Of a stretch of 64,000 nucleotides of DNA, positions 48,173-58,110 are shown piece by piece. The stretch's first letter is position 1. Each line of letters opens with the position of its first letter. The DNA is from Candidatus Bathyarchaeota archaeon. Lineage in GTDB: Archaea; Thermoproteota; Bathyarchaeia; Bathyarchaeales; Bathycorpusculaceae. The DNA lies in NCBI GenBank assembly GCA_963715865.1, contig OY970280.1, positions 448,001-512,000 on the forward strand, in the 5' to 3' direction. The translations under genes were made by a program, and so were the position numbers. The notes below the pieces were generated by a model. The model made no database searches, had not been told where the DNA came from, and was given only the letters and a program-made list of their open reading frames with translations.

Positions 48173-49513
48173 CTACTGTCCTAATCCTATAGCGACGAAT
48201 TTCATTTTTCTGCTGAAAATTTTAGGATCATAGATCCTTCTTCCGTCAATCAGTACAGGTTGCTTCATGTTTCTTGTGAAATCTTCGGGCATGAGCTTTT
48301 TAAATTCAGGCCATTCTGTCACGATTATGCAACAGTCCGCTTTTTTGAGGCAGCCTATTGCTGAGGTGGCATATTGGATTTTGTTGTTGAAGATGACTTT
48401 TGCAACGGGTATAGCGACTGGGTCGTAAGCGGTTACGTTTGCACCTTCTTCTAAGAGTTGGTTTATTATCGGTATGACTCGAGCTTCTCTCATGTCATCT
48501 GTGTCTGCTTTGAATGCTAAGCCTAGAATTGCTATGCGTTTACCTTCTAGGTTGCCGAGTTGTTCTTTGCAGAATTGGATTGCTTTTAGGGGTTGAGTTT
48601 TGTTTACGTCTTCGACGGCGTCTAGTAGTTTTAGTGGGTAGCCGAGGTTTTTTGAGTATGCCATGAGGGCTTTTACGTCTTTGGGAAAACATGAACCGCC
48701 GTAGCCTAGTCCAGCGTTTAGGAATAGTGGGCCGATTCTTTTGTCTAGTCCCATGGCGGTGGCTACAGTTTTTACGTCTGCGCCGGGGATTTTTTCGCAT
48801 ATGTTGGCGATGGTGTTGATGAAGCTGATTTTTGTGGCGAGTAAGGAGTTGCTGGCGTACTTGATCAGTTCGGCTGTTGAGAGTGTGGTTCTGATTGTTG
48901 GGGGCGCATTTTTGGCGTAGAAGTCTTTGTAAAGGTTTTCTAAGGTGTCACCAGATTTCTTGTCGTATTCGCCTATGACTATGCGGTCGGTGTGCATTGT
49001 GTCTTCGAAGGCGGAGCCTTGGCGTAGGAATTCTGGGCTCATGCATAAACCAAAGTCTGGGCCACATTTCTTTTTTGATTCTTTTTCAAGGATTGGTTTG
49101 ACCAGATCTTGTGTTGTTCCTGGGACAACGGTGCTTTTTATTACTACCACGTGGTATGTACTTTTTTTGTGGAGCGCCTTTCCCATGTCGCGTGATGATG
49201 TTTCTATGAATTGTAGGTCTATGCTGCCGTCTGGTCTGCTGGGGGTTCCCACGGCGTTAAAGGTTAGGTCTGTTTCGAGGACGGCTTTTTCTGTTTGATC
49301 AATTAAACATTTTAGATAGCCATTTTGGACGGTTTTTTCAAGCAGATTTTGAAGGCTGGGTTCGTGAAATGGTGGGATTCCTTGATTTATTTTGGCTGCT
49401 TTTTCGGCGTCATGAGTCGAAGCGATGACGTTGTAGCCTTTGCTGGCAAATCCAACGGCGGTGCACAAGCCTACGTAGCCTATGCCTAAAACAGATATGT
49501 TAGGTTTTTCCAT
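48173..49513 (-). CDS. ugd: UDP-glucose/GDP-mannose dehydrogenase
   Basis: GIGYVG, PEFLRQG, GYGGSCFPKD, GLAFK..TDDMR motifs. Confidence 0.92.
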   Translation of the reverse strand: MEKPNISVLGIGYVGLCTAVGFASKGYNVIASTHDAEKAAKINQGIPPFHEPSLQNLLEKTVQNGYLKCLIDQTEKAVLETDLTFNAVGTPSRPDGSIDLQFIETSSRDMGKALHKKSTYHVVVIKSTVVPGTTQDLVKPILEKESKKKCGPDFGLCMSPEFLRQGSAFEDTMHTDRIVIGEYDKKSGDTLENLYKDFYAKNAPPTIRTTLSTAELIKYASNSLLATKISFINTIANICEKIPGADVKTVATAMGLDKRIGPLFLNAGLGYGGSCFPKDVKALMAYSKNLGYPLKLLDAVEDVNKTQPLKAIQFCKEQLGNLEGKRIAILGLAFKADTDDMREARVIPIINQLLEEGANVTAYDPVAIPVAKVIFNNKIQYATSAIGCLKKADCCIIVTEWPEFKKLMPEDFTRNMKQPVLIDGRRIYDPKIFSRKMKFVAIGLGQ

Positions 49514-49601
49514 GAGTTTGATTCCTCAATTTAGTGTAATGATTCGTTTTCAATCTTCATTGAGTATATATTAGTTATGGCGGAAAGGTTAGAAAAAAAT
49601 T

Positions 49602-49652
49602 TTGATAATTCGTAAAGTTGTTGTTCCGGCTGCAGGTTTGGGAACGCGTTTG
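49602..49652 (+). pseudogene. N-terminal 17 codons of a second galU
   Basis: TTG-IIRKVVVPAAGLGTRL, paralogous to the start of 49977-50849. Confidence 0.8.
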
Positions 49653-49891
49653 TGCTTTTTCTGTTTGGTTAACTAAGCATTTCAGATTGCCTTTTTGTAC
49701 ACTATCCTTAAGCTTTTCTTGGAGCCCAGGCTCATGGAATGGGGGAAAACCCTTGTTAATTTTTGCCGCTTTCTCAGCATCAACATCTGAAGTGATAACA
49801 TTATAGTTTGGCTTGCGAAGCCAACCGCAGTGCATAGGCCTACGTAGCCAGCGCCTATAACCGAGATTTTTGTTTGTTTTTTCAAAGGCAA
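49651..49891 (-). pseudogene. N-terminal fragment of a second ugd (frameshifted, truncated)
   Basis: KISVIGAGYVGLCTAVGFAS / YNVITSDVDAEKAAKINKGFPPFHEPGLQ...NQTEKA parallels the 48173-49513 N-terminus. Confidence 0.85.
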
Positions 49892-49976
49892 ACCCTCAAA
49901 TTAATTGTTAATTTGGATTAAATATTCATATTAAATATATATGGGTTAACATAAGAACAGAGAGGCAAGAGGACGT

Positions 49977-50849
49977 TTGATGATTCGCAAGGTTATAATT
50001 CCTGCTGCAGGCTTGGGAACGCGCTTGTTTCCAGCTACTAAGGAGCAGCCTAAAGAGATGCTTCCAATTTTCTCTAAAACAATGCATGGTGACATGTCAG
50101 TAAAACCCGTGGTGCAGCTGGTTTTTGAGCAACTGTATGATGCGGGTCTCCGAGAATTTTGCTACGTGGTGGGCAGAGGAAAACGAGGCATAGAAGACCA
50201 CTTTACTCCTGACGCAAATTGTGTTAGAAACCTTGAGGGCATGGGCAAAAACGGCCAAGCATCGGACCTTGAGGATTTTTACCAAAAACTCAATACGTCC
50301 ACCATCATGTACGTGAACCAGCCTGAGCCGAAGGGGTTTGGCAACGCGGTTTTGATGGCGCAACCCTTTGTGCAGAACGAGAGTTGCCTTGTTCACGCTG
50401 GAGATAGCTGCATTATATCAAAAGACATGGATTACATCAGAAAGCTGTTGGATGCGTACGAGAGGCTTAATGCGGATGCAGCGTTCATCGCGTTGGAAAT
50501 TGAGAAACCAAAGCAATATGGCATCATCGAAGGAAACGAAGTTGAAAACGGAGTATACAAAGTAAAAACTGTAGTTGAGAAGCCTGAGAAACCTAAGACG
50601 AACTTGGCAGTCATGGCTATGTACGTCTTTCACCCAGTCATCTTTAAGGCGTTAGAAGCAACTAAACCAGGCAAAAACGGGGAAATCCAGTTGACAGACG
50701 CGATACAGAAGCTCATAGATTGGGGATTAAGCGTGTACGCAGTCAAGCTCGACAAAAACTATGCGCACCTGGACATTGGCAGTCCAGAAAGGTACTGGGA
50801 AGCCCTAGAGCTATCGTACAGGCAATTTTGCAGGAGAACAAATGTATGA
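49977..50849 (+). CDS. galU: UTP--glucose-1-phosphate uridylyltransferase family protein
   Basis: PAAGLGTRLFPATK..PKEMLP, QPEPKGFG, EIQLTDA motifs. Confidence 0.88.
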   Translation: MMIRKVIIPAAGLGTRLFPATKEQPKEMLPIFSKTMHGDMSVKPVVQLVFEQLYDAGLREFCYVVGRGKRGIEDHFTPDANCVRNLEGMGKNGQASDLEDFYQKLNTSTIMYVNQPEPKGFGNAVLMAQPFVQNESCLVHAGDSCIISKDMDYIRKLLDAYERLNADAAFIALEIEKPKQYGIIEGNEVENGVYKVKTVVEKPEKPKTNLAVMAMYVFHPVIFKALEATKPGKNGEIQLTDAIQKLIDWGLSVYAVKLDKNYAHLDIGSPERYWEALELSYRQFCRRTNV

Positions 50850-51856
50850 TGGACGAAATAATCCGCGAAGACATCAAAAAAATAAAAAGCCACGTCAAAG
50901 GCGAATTCTTCTCAGAGAAGAAGATGCTGGTGACTGGAGGAGCGGGCTTCATCGGCAGCTGGCTCTGCGATGTTCTGCTTGACTTCGGCGCTCAAGTCAT
51001 GGTTCTTGATGATTTTTCAACAGGAAGAATGAAGAACATCGATCATCTGTTGCAAAACGCGAAGTTTAAGCTGATAAAATCAGATGTCTGTAAGTTTAAG
51101 AGTAAAGAAAAATTCGATATCATTCTTCACATGGCAGGGCATGCTTCTCCGGACGAGTATCAGGTTCACCCAATTGAAACGCTGCAGACTAGCGCTGTTG
51201 GCACCAAGAACATGGCGGAGCTAGCTCGAAAGAACGATGCCGCATTGCTGTTTGCTTCAACTTCAGAAGTTTACGGTGACGCGGAAGTTGTACCTACGCC
51301 TGAAAGTTACTGGGGAAAAGTTAACCCCGTTGGACCTAGGTCGTGTTATGATGAAGGAAAGCGTTTTGCTGAGGCTTTACTTATGGCTTATGTTAAGCAA
51401 TATGGGTTGGATGTTAGAGTTCCGAGAATCTTCAATTCCTATGGTCCGCGTTTGCGAGAGGATGGATTGTATGGTAGGGCTATGTCGCGTTTTATTTTGC
51501 AGGCGCTGTCTAATCAGCCCATAACTGTCTACGGCGATGGAAAGCAGACGCGGTCATTCTGTTACATAACAGACACGGTAACAGCGTTAATGTTGTTGAC
51601 GGCAAGCTCGAAGGCGAAGGGAGAAGTTGTAAACGTAGGCAATACCAGCGAAGTTACTATACTTGAGTTGGCGGAGAAAGTCAAAGAAACAACAAAATGC
51701 AAATCAACCATAGAATTTCACCCACTGCCCAAAGACGACCCGAAAAGGCGCTGCCCAGACACAAACAAGTTGGAGCGGCTTGTAGGGTGGAAACCAACCG
51801 TGAGCTTCGAAGAAGGGCTAAAGAGAACGATTGGGTGGTTTTCGCAAAAGAAGTAG
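50846..51856 (+). CDS. UDP-glucuronate decarboxylase (UXS)-like SDR epimerase/dehydratase
   Basis: TGGAGFIGS, STSEVYG, YWGKVNPVGPRSCYDEGKR, DDPKRRCPD motifs. Confidence 0.9.
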   Translation: MMDEIIREDIKKIKSHVKGEFFSEKKMLVTGGAGFIGSWLCDVLLDFGAQVMVLDDFSTGRMKNIDHLLQNAKFKLIKSDVCKFKSKEKFDIILHMAGHASPDEYQVHPIETLQTSAVGTKNMAELARKNDAALLFASTSEVYGDAEVVPTPESYWGKVNPVGPRSCYDEGKRFAEALLMAYVKQYGLDVRVPRIFNSYGPRLREDGLYGRAMSRFILQALSNQPITVYGDGKQTRSFCYITDTVTALMLLTASSKAKGEVVNVGNTSEVTILELAEKVKETTKCKSTIEFHPLPKDDPKRRCPDTNKLERLVGWKPTVSFEEGLKRTIGWFSQKK

Positions 51857-51965
51857 TCGACACTTAACGTAGGATAAGTAACTTTGGTTAGCAGCTAGAT
51901 AAGTTTGTGTTTGGTGCTGCTATATTTTTATAATAGAATAGGTATTATTATTTTGGTAATACCAA

Positions 51966-52196
51966 ATGGGTAATCAGGTTACTGTTACGGCTAAAATTCC
52001 TGCTGAACTTAAAAAGAAGCTCACCAAGCTGGGTGTAAACGTGAGTGAATTGACGCGGGAAGCTTTGCAAAGGGAAGTGGAACGTTTAGAGAGAGAAAGG
52101 CTTAGGAATCTAGCTGAAGAGGCAAGTAAAATTCTTCAAAAAGTTCCAGCTGAAGAGATCGTTGAAGCTGTGCGGGCGAGCAGGGAGAACCGTTAA
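51966..52196 (+). CDS. vapB: VapB-type RHH antitoxin (cassette 1)
   Basis: VTAKIPAELKKKL..LGVNVSELTREAL; same family as 37126. Confidence 0.82.
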   Translation: MGNQVTVTAKIPAELKKKLTKLGVNVSELTREALQREVERLERERLRNLAEEASKILQKVPAEEIVEAVRASRENR

Positions 52197-52618
52197 TGAA
52201 GCGTCCGTTGCTTTTTGATGCTAGTAGCATCTTTGCGCTTGTTAGAGAACTCGGAGGCGAAGCTCCAAATAAGCTTCTGGAGGGCTCCACCATATCGTTG
52301 GCTTATTATGAGTTGGGCAACGCTTTGTGGAGAGAGTGTTCTTTGCTCAAACACATAAGTCAGGAAGAAGCAGAAAAACTGCTAAGGGCAATGTATGCAA
52401 TTCTTCAAGCAATGGACGTAGTTGGGTTGGAAAATGAAGATGAAGGCACCATAATCTTGGATAAGGCATGCAAATTTAACATTACTTATTATGATTCCGC
52501 GTATGTTGCTGAAGCGTGCAAATCCAAGAAAACCTTAGTAACAGATGATAAAAAACTTGCTAAAGCAGCAGAAAACGCAGGCATAAAAACCTTAACCAGC
52601 AGAGACCTTATTCGATAG
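52196..52618 (+). CDS. vapC: VapC PIN toxin (cassette 1)
   Basis: FDASS, YELGNALW, YYDSAY, VTDD motifs. Confidence 0.88.
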   Translation: MKRPLLFDASSIFALVRELGGEAPNKLLEGSTISLAYYELGNALWRECSLLKHISQEEAEKLLRAMYAILQAMDVVGLENEDEGTIILDKACKFNITYYDSAYVAEACKSKKTLVTDDKKLAKAAENAGIKTLTSRDLIR

Positions 52619-52699
52619 GCATTTTTTATCACATGTTGAACTTATGTTTCTTATTCTAATTGTTTTTTTCTCAAACTGCAATTTTAAAATTCTTTGATA

Positions 52700-52772
52700 G
52701 AGTGGAAGCTAAATGTGAGTTTTGAATGAAGGGCTTAAGAGAACGATTGGGTGGTTTTCACAAAGGAATTAG
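52700..52772 (+). repeat. Copy R2 of the uxs 3' end
   Basis: GTGAGTTTTGAA(T)GAAGGGCTTAAGAGAACGATTGGGTGGTTTTCACAAAGGAATTAG vs 51800-51856. Confidence 0.9.
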
Positions 52773-52882
52773 GCGCCGTTAAGGGGTTATCTTGTTTTCA
52801 GCTGTTCGTTTCCCTGGCTTGTTTTAGTGGTTTATGATTCGTCAGCGTGTAAAAGCGGGCGAGAAGAATTTTGAAGACTGAG

Positions 52883-53278
52883 TTATTTTATGAAAATTAC
52901 GTTTTTTAGTTTTTTGAAGTGTTCGTCGCCAGTCACTACTTCTGCCTTCTTGATTTGTCCAGTGGCGTAGACTATGGAGTCGGCTAATCCCCAGCCGTCG
53001 ATTTCCTTTTTCATTCTGTTCTGTATCTTGGCGGATTCCAGAGCGATGAGTTCGTCTAACGGCACTAAGGCGCTTTTTTCTTTTATGAAGGTTCTCTGCT
53101 TTTCTGCTAGTTCTTGGTTCTCCACTCTGAGGGTTTTAGCGTAGATTTCAGCTAGGCATATTGTCGGGGTAATTTTTTCTTCTTGGCCTTCGATGGTGGG
53201 TTTGACTTTTTCGCCTGTTTTGGTTCCCATGAAGTATTCTATCCACGCGTAGGAATCGATCACATATTTCATAGACAA
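52883..53278 (-). CDS. vapC: VapC PIN toxin (cassette 2)
   Basis: VIDSYAWIEY, AEI, GLADS, VTGD.HF motifs. Confidence 0.88.
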   Translation of the reverse strand: MSMKYVIDSYAWIEYFMGTKTGEKVKPTIEGQEEKITPTICLAEIYAKTLRVENQELAEKQRTFIKEKSALVPLDELIALESAKIQNRMKKEIDGWGLADSIVYATGQIKKAEVVTGDEHFKKLKNVIFIK

Positions 53279-53469
53279 CGGTCCTTGTGGTCGCGGAGGT
53301 CGGTTAGGTCCGTTTGTTTCATAACGCCGAACATGCTGTCTTTTTTGGTGAAGTACTCGATGAGTATTTTGTTTATTTGGTTTGAGATGTTTCTGGCGCC
53401 CGCTTTCTCCTTTAAATTTTGGTAAACGTCGTCTCTTAGCGTTATTGTTGTTTTTTTGGTCGTGAACAT
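53269..53469 (-). CDS. vapB: VapB-type antitoxin (cassette 2); true start ~53469
   Basis: TTITLRDDVYQNLKEKAG...SMFG; overlaps the toxin start. The tracked upstream extension lies in repeat R3. Confidence 0.78.
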   Translation of the reverse strand: MFTTKKTTITLRDDVYQNLKEKAGARNISNQINKILIEYFTKKDSMFGVMKQTDLTDLRDHKDRCL

Positions 53470-53572
53470 CACCATAAACATGTATGTAAATGCCTTCATT
53501 AATAGTTTGCGAGTTGAAGTTGAGGGCAACTTTGATTTCAATTTTCGCATGGCTGGCATGGCGTCTTCTGAT

Positions 53573-53826
53573 GAGAGAAACTGAACGTTGGGAATTATTA
53601 GGAAGTAACTATTTTTGAACTTGCAAAAAAGGTCAAAGAAGTATCCAAATGCAAATCGGCTATAGAGTTTCACCCGTTGTCAAAGCAGTACCCGAAAAGA
53701 CGCTACCCCGACATAAGCAAAATAGAGAAGCTTGTTGGGTGGATGCCGAATGTGAGCTTTGAAGAAGGACTTCGCAGAGTCTCTATTCCCGTCGCAGTTT
53801 TCGAGCGTACTTGCCACAAGAAGTAG
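53573..53826 (+). repeat. Copy R3 of the uxs 3' end (~250 bp, degenerate)
   Basis: Translates NVGNY*EVTIFELAKKVKEVSKCKSAIEFHPL..PKRRYPDISKIEKLVGWMPNVSFEEGL...KK*. Confidence 0.9.
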
Positions 53827-54030
53827 GAAGCATCTAGCACTTAACACGTTAAACATTCAGGGCATTCGAGAAAAAGCGGAAACGCAAATTTTGGGTGTCG
53901 TGTTTTGCTTTTTGGCGGGGAGTTGTTTGTTATCTTTCTTTGATTGTTTCGGTGGAAATGTTGAATATGGTGGTAAAGGGTGGTAAAGTATTAAAGTGTC
54001 TTTTTCTACTTTGTTTATTGGTGTAGTTTT

Positions 54031-54306
54031 GTGACTGTTACTGTAAAAATCGAGGAGGAGAAAAAGGCAAAAGTGGACCGTTTTTTAGCCTCCATTATGC
54101 TTCAGGAAGGTGTGAAGGTAACTCTGCAAGAAGCCATAGGTCTAATGATTGATTATGCGCTTGAAAATGAGGAAGAGGTCATTAAGAAGCTCAGGGAGTT
54201 GCCTGTTCTTGAGGAGGATCCGGCGTGGAAAGCGCTTAAAAATCCGAAGCATTGGGGAGTAAAAGATTCTTCGAAGAGGATAGATGAATTCGTGTACGGT
54301 TGCTGA
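54031..54306 (+). CDS. Putative antitoxin (cassette 3)
   Basis: 91 aa, N-terminal TVTVKI strand, overlaps the downstream PIN gene. Confidence 0.75.
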   Translation: MTVTVKIEEEKKAKVDRFLASIMLQEGVKVTLQEAIGLMIDYALENEEEVIKKLRELPVLEEDPAWKALKNPKHWGVKDSSKRIDEFVYGC

Positions 54307-54719
54307 ATGGCATGGCGGTTTTTGTGGATACTGGAATTTTTGTGGCTATGCACAATGCGGATGACGAGTTTCACTTAAGAAGCAAAGACCTTGTTGAGCG
54401 CGCTTTAAAGGGCGATTTTGGTCGGATATTTACTTCAGACTATGTGGTGGATGAGGCGATAACTACTGCTTTGGTGAGAACGAAGAGGCATGATTTGGCA
54501 TTAGACTTGGGAAGGTACATAATTGAGTCCCCGAGAATCACGAAGGTATGGGTTGGGGAAGATGCTTTTAAAAAGGCATGGGGAAAATTTAGGGTTTTTA
54601 AAGATAAGCCCTTAAGCTTTACAGATTGTACCTCAATAGCACTCGTTGAGATGAGTGGGATTAAGCAGATTATGAGTTTTGACTGCGGCTTTGACGGATT
54701 AGTCCCCAGAATTTGCTAG
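54300..54719 (+). CDS. vapC: VapC PIN toxin (cassette 3)
   Basis: FVDTG, YVVDE, SFTDCTS, SFD motifs. Confidence 0.88.
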   Translation: MLNGMAVFVDTGIFVAMHNADDEFHLRSKDLVERALKGDFGRIFTSDYVVDEAITTALVRTKRHDLALDLGRYIIESPRITKVWVGEDAFKKAWGKFRVFKDKPLSFTDCTSIALVEMSGIKQIMSFDCGFDGLVPRIC

Positions 54720-54727
54720 TTAGCCTT

Positions 54728-54922
54728 ATAGAACTGGCTCTAAGAAAAATAAAAGAATCCCACAGTGCAAATCCACCAGAGCTTCATCCGTTGTCTTGAG
54801 ACGACCCGAAAAGACGCTGCCCAGACACAAGCAAACTAGAAAGGATTGTTGGGTGGAAGCCGAACGTGAGCTTTGAAGAAGGGTTGAAGAGGACTGTAGC
54901 TTGGTTCTCAAGAAAGCCGTAA
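54728..54922 (+). repeat. Copy R4 of the uxs 3' end (~195 bp)
   Basis: Translates ..LHPLS*DDPKRRCPDTSKLERIVGWKPNVSFEEGLKRTVAWFSRKP*. Confidence 0.92.
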
Positions 54923-55378
54923 AGAACGGAAAACGGTCCCTTTTTATTTTTTGCAAGTTTTGAAGCTAATTCTTCAAAAACTTCTTATTTTTCAATAGGA
55001 AGGGGCTTGAAATGGGCTTGGAATTGCTAAAGCTTGAAGATAACGGCTTGCAGTGTTGGAAGTTTGTGAAGGAATTAGGTGTGAAACATGCGCTTACTTG
55101 TCATTATTTGCACAATTTTGATGCGTTTGTGCGCGATAAATGGCGTTTTGGGAAGCTTCCAAGAAAATGTTAAGGGTGACGTGATGCAGAAAACAATTCA
55201 TTCAGAAGACATGTAAACGCTAGCTTGTTTAAGGCTTAGGCTGCTGAAAAAATTATTGAAAAACGATAGGGGCACTCAGCGTAATCCGATTTCGTCAAAG
55301 CCCTCTATTGCATATTCCCAGCGTTTACATTCGAGATTCTCAAGCATTTTTTATGTTAAGCAAAGCATCATTATGAGT

Positions 55379-56596
55379 CTAGTGGGGCAGGAAGAAAGCA
55401 CCTATGCCTGGAGGTGGAGTTCGTTTTAGTTGCCAAGCAGCCAACGCTAAAGCTACAACGCAGTCATCGTGGTAGCCTTCAGGCGCCCCATACTGCACAT
55501 TTCCACTTGGCGTAGTCTTGTAACCGTACAGCTTAAGCTCATTGATCAACTCGGGAACCTGTGGTAACGTCAGCTGCTGATTCTCAATCATTATGCTCAA
55601 GTTCTCGATAAGGTCTTTTTTCGTTGCGTTCGTGAACTTGTAACCTTCAACACGGATGTTTTCACGGTGGAGCTCATCGCATATTGGATCACCAACACCT
55701 GTACTATCGATAAGCAAGCGAGCATCATATCGCTGGGCAAGTTGAACTATGCGTTTACGCTGCAAAACCCAGTCTAACTCGCTAAACCTGTCGAAAGCGC
55801 AGAGGTGCCCGTCCATATCTAAAACGCAAAGCACTGTGAAGTCTTCAAGCTTAGCAAGGTCAGCGCCCATAACGTACTGTTTATGTTGTTCAAAGGTTTG
55901 AAAGCTGCCTTTGACTATGCGGTCAACGCCTCGGAAAACACTGCCAACATCCTCAAGAAACTCAGCGAGAACCTCTTGACGGTAAGCCAGCTCAGGCATA
56001 TCCCTGGCGAAAGCCGCAATCTCTGCTGGATCCAAATATGGGTTGCTGGCGCTTGGGAAACTCCAGCTCTTATAATCAGTCTGCGACGGGTCTTGCCCGC
56101 GAGTCCAGAGCCGAAAATACCAGTTATGCCCTCTTGGCGTGCCCGTGAAAAAAGCTATTCCTTTCTCATCCATAAGCGCTGGTCTAAGCGCAAGAGTCCA
56201 AGCTTCCTCAGCAATCTGTGCACCCTCATCAACCCAGAGAACTTTTACGCCTTGGCTCCTAAGTGAATCAGGGTTATCTGCGCTCTTAAACCAGATATTG
56301 CGGTTACCCTTGAGGATAACATGGCGGTCAGCGCGATGAATTTCCTCTATCAGTTCAGCTGGGCAAAAATTGAAGAACTCACTCCATTGCCGCTGAGTAT
56401 GCCAATAAGTGGGAGCTACAGCGAAGCCTACTATGTTTGGGTCTTGTTTCCACATTTGCCTTATGAATTCGTTGGCGCCTGCAACAGTTTTACCCCAGCG
56501 ACGCCCACAGTTAAGCACCCTAAACCTTGCTGCGTGATAGTGGAATTCAACTTGCCCAGAGTGAGGCTTGTACCTAATCAGTATTCTTTTTTGCAA
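55379..56596 (-). CDS. Viral terminase large subunit
   Basis: Walker A GRRWGKT, Walker B LWVDEGA, coupling motif GTP, nuclease GADLA and HDD motifs. Confidence 0.92.
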   Translation of the reverse strand: MQKRILIRYKPHSGQVEFHYHAARFRVLNCGRRWGKTVAGANEFIRQMWKQDPNIVGFAVAPTYWHTQRQWSEFFNFCPAELIEEIHRADRHVILKGNRNIWFKSADNPDSLRSQGVKVLWVDEGAQIAEEAWTLALRPALMDEKGIAFFTGTPRGHNWYFRLWTRGQDPSQTDYKSWSFPSASNPYLDPAEIAAFARDMPELAYRQEVLAEFLEDVGSVFRGVDRIVKGSFQTFEQHKQYVMGADLAKLEDFTVLCVLDMDGHLCAFDRFSELDWVLQRKRIVQLAQRYDARLLIDSTGVGDPICDELHRENIRVEGYKFTNATKKDLIENLSIMIENQQLTLPQVPELINELKLYGYKTTPSGNVQYGAPEGYHDDCVVALALAAWQLKRTPPPGIGAFFLPH

Positions 56597-56979
56597 ACCT
56601 TAGGGTCCTCCCATTTGATGACAGTTTCTTCAGGCTCAGCGGACTTTTGAGATTTAGCGCCTGTTAACTCAGCGAGGTCAAAGTTTATCTGCCGCAGAAG
56701 ATTCAAAGCAGTTATCCGAGCCCGGTCAGACTTAGCCTGCATATACGCGACTACAGCTTTCCGATACAGCTGCTCATGCCTATTGCGAACTTTAAGCAGA
56801 GCATCCTTCGTCTCTTGCAACAGAGGCTGCCAGCTCCTTCGAGTCTCAAAATCCAAGTAAACTGCACGCTGAGTAACTCCATACTTAACACTTAATTCCT
56901 TCACAATCTCAGAAGGCTGAAAACCGTTTCCTTCAAGCCTCAACAGTTCCAAGCGTCTTTCAAGCGTCTTCTCGTTCAT
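56578..56979 (-). CDS. Putative terminase small subunit (HTH)
   Basis: N-terminal HTH-like SEIVKELSVKYGVTQRAVY; overlaps the terL start. Confidence 0.6.
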   Translation of the reverse strand: MNEKTLERRLELLRLEGNGFQPSEIVKELSVKYGVTQRAVYLDFETRRSWQPLLQETKDALLKVRNRHEQLYRKAVVAYMQAKSDRARITALNLLRQINFDLAELTGAKSQKSAEPEETVIKWEDPKVCKKEY

Positions 56980-56998
56980 AATTCAGCACCTTTTTCTC

Positions 56999-58097
56999 TT
57001 ACTCGGATGAATAGCCTCCGCATGTTCGTTTCTGAGGAATATATTCAAGGGAAACGGTAAGACGCCGCTTACTGCTAGACTTTAGCAATTCCCGATTTAT
57101 CCGAGTGTCCTCTCGCCCATGGCTGCCATGGCCAACACGCTTAACTCTCCAGTTACCCAGATTTCCGCGGACGAGCTGAGGATTGCTCGTAACCAGATAG
57201 AAGGGCAAATTCACCTGAGAAGTGTAAAGCTCAGCGATAAAATTTAGTAGCCTTTTGCCGATACCTATGCCCTGGTAATCAGGCAAGACAACTAAGCGGC
57301 TGACGCGATAATAATTTGCCCTCATACGAATGTGCACTACAGCCATGAATGCTACCGGCTTATCCTGATTGACCGCCGCGTAGCATCGGGCGGTTGAAGG
57401 AAGTGAACCGCTTAGATAGTGATAGTGCCGAAACATTTTCCAAAGGGAAGCGCCGCACCGATAAACTTTGAGTTCAACGGGCGGCCGAGCTCTTTTTTTC
57501 GGTCAAACTCCATCGTATCAGTGCAGAAGACCCAGTCTGGATCCAACCAATCAACTAACGTCATAATGGCAGGTTACGGCAATGAATTTCTTGTCTTTCT
57601 GGCGCCGAATTGCCTTGCTGATTGCGTAAGAAGCGATCTTTGCAACTTCTCGGTCCACAACTGACGTGAACTCATCGAAAACGATAACTTTCTGAGAAAG
57701 ACAGAGAGCACGAGCGATATCAACGCGCATCTTCTCCCCTTGGCTAAGGCAGCTGTAAGCTTTGAGCCAGTCTGGAGGACTAGCAAAGCCAACGCTGCAG
57801 AGCAGTCGTGTTATTTCGCTTGTTTCTATAGTCTTCAGGAAAATCATCCAGTATGCATTGGTGCGTGTACTCGAAGCCAGTGAAGTAGGAGTCTGGGAAG
57901 AGCTGTTTGGCTATGCTTGATTTGCCTGAGCCGCTGCGCCCCACGATTATGCCGATCTGCCAGTCGTCGCCTTCTATTGGCAGCGAGCCTTTGAAACGCT
58001 TCTGCAACTTAACATCGTTTAGCGTGAAGCTGCCCACGACGCTTTGGGCTCGGAAACTGTCTGGTTCACTCCAACTGTTTACAAAATCAAAATCCAA
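56999..58097 (-). CDS. ABC-type ATPase-GNAT fusion, split over four frames (shifts at ~57830, ~57556, ~57495)
   Basis: GRSGSGKS, LSQGEK, VFDEFTS, then VDWLDPDWVF, then WKMFRHYHYL..VSRLVVLPDYQGIGIG. Confidence 0.75.
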
Positions 58098-58110
58098 ACT
58101 GTCAAGCCTC

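Noticed and set aside
53470-53673. N-terminal extension of the cassette-2 antitoxin
   Set aside because: It is the antisense reading of repeat R3; the antitoxin starts near 53469.
54726-54956. Tracked minus-strand ORF (and the similar 51681-51863)
   Set aside because: Antisense reading of the uxs 3' end or its R4 copy; their similarity only reflects the repeat.
54990-55370. Short ORFs (54 aa and 42 aa plus, 23 aa minus) downstream of terL as a possible portal start
   Set aside because: Overlapping alternatives with no motif; cannot choose between them or assign function.
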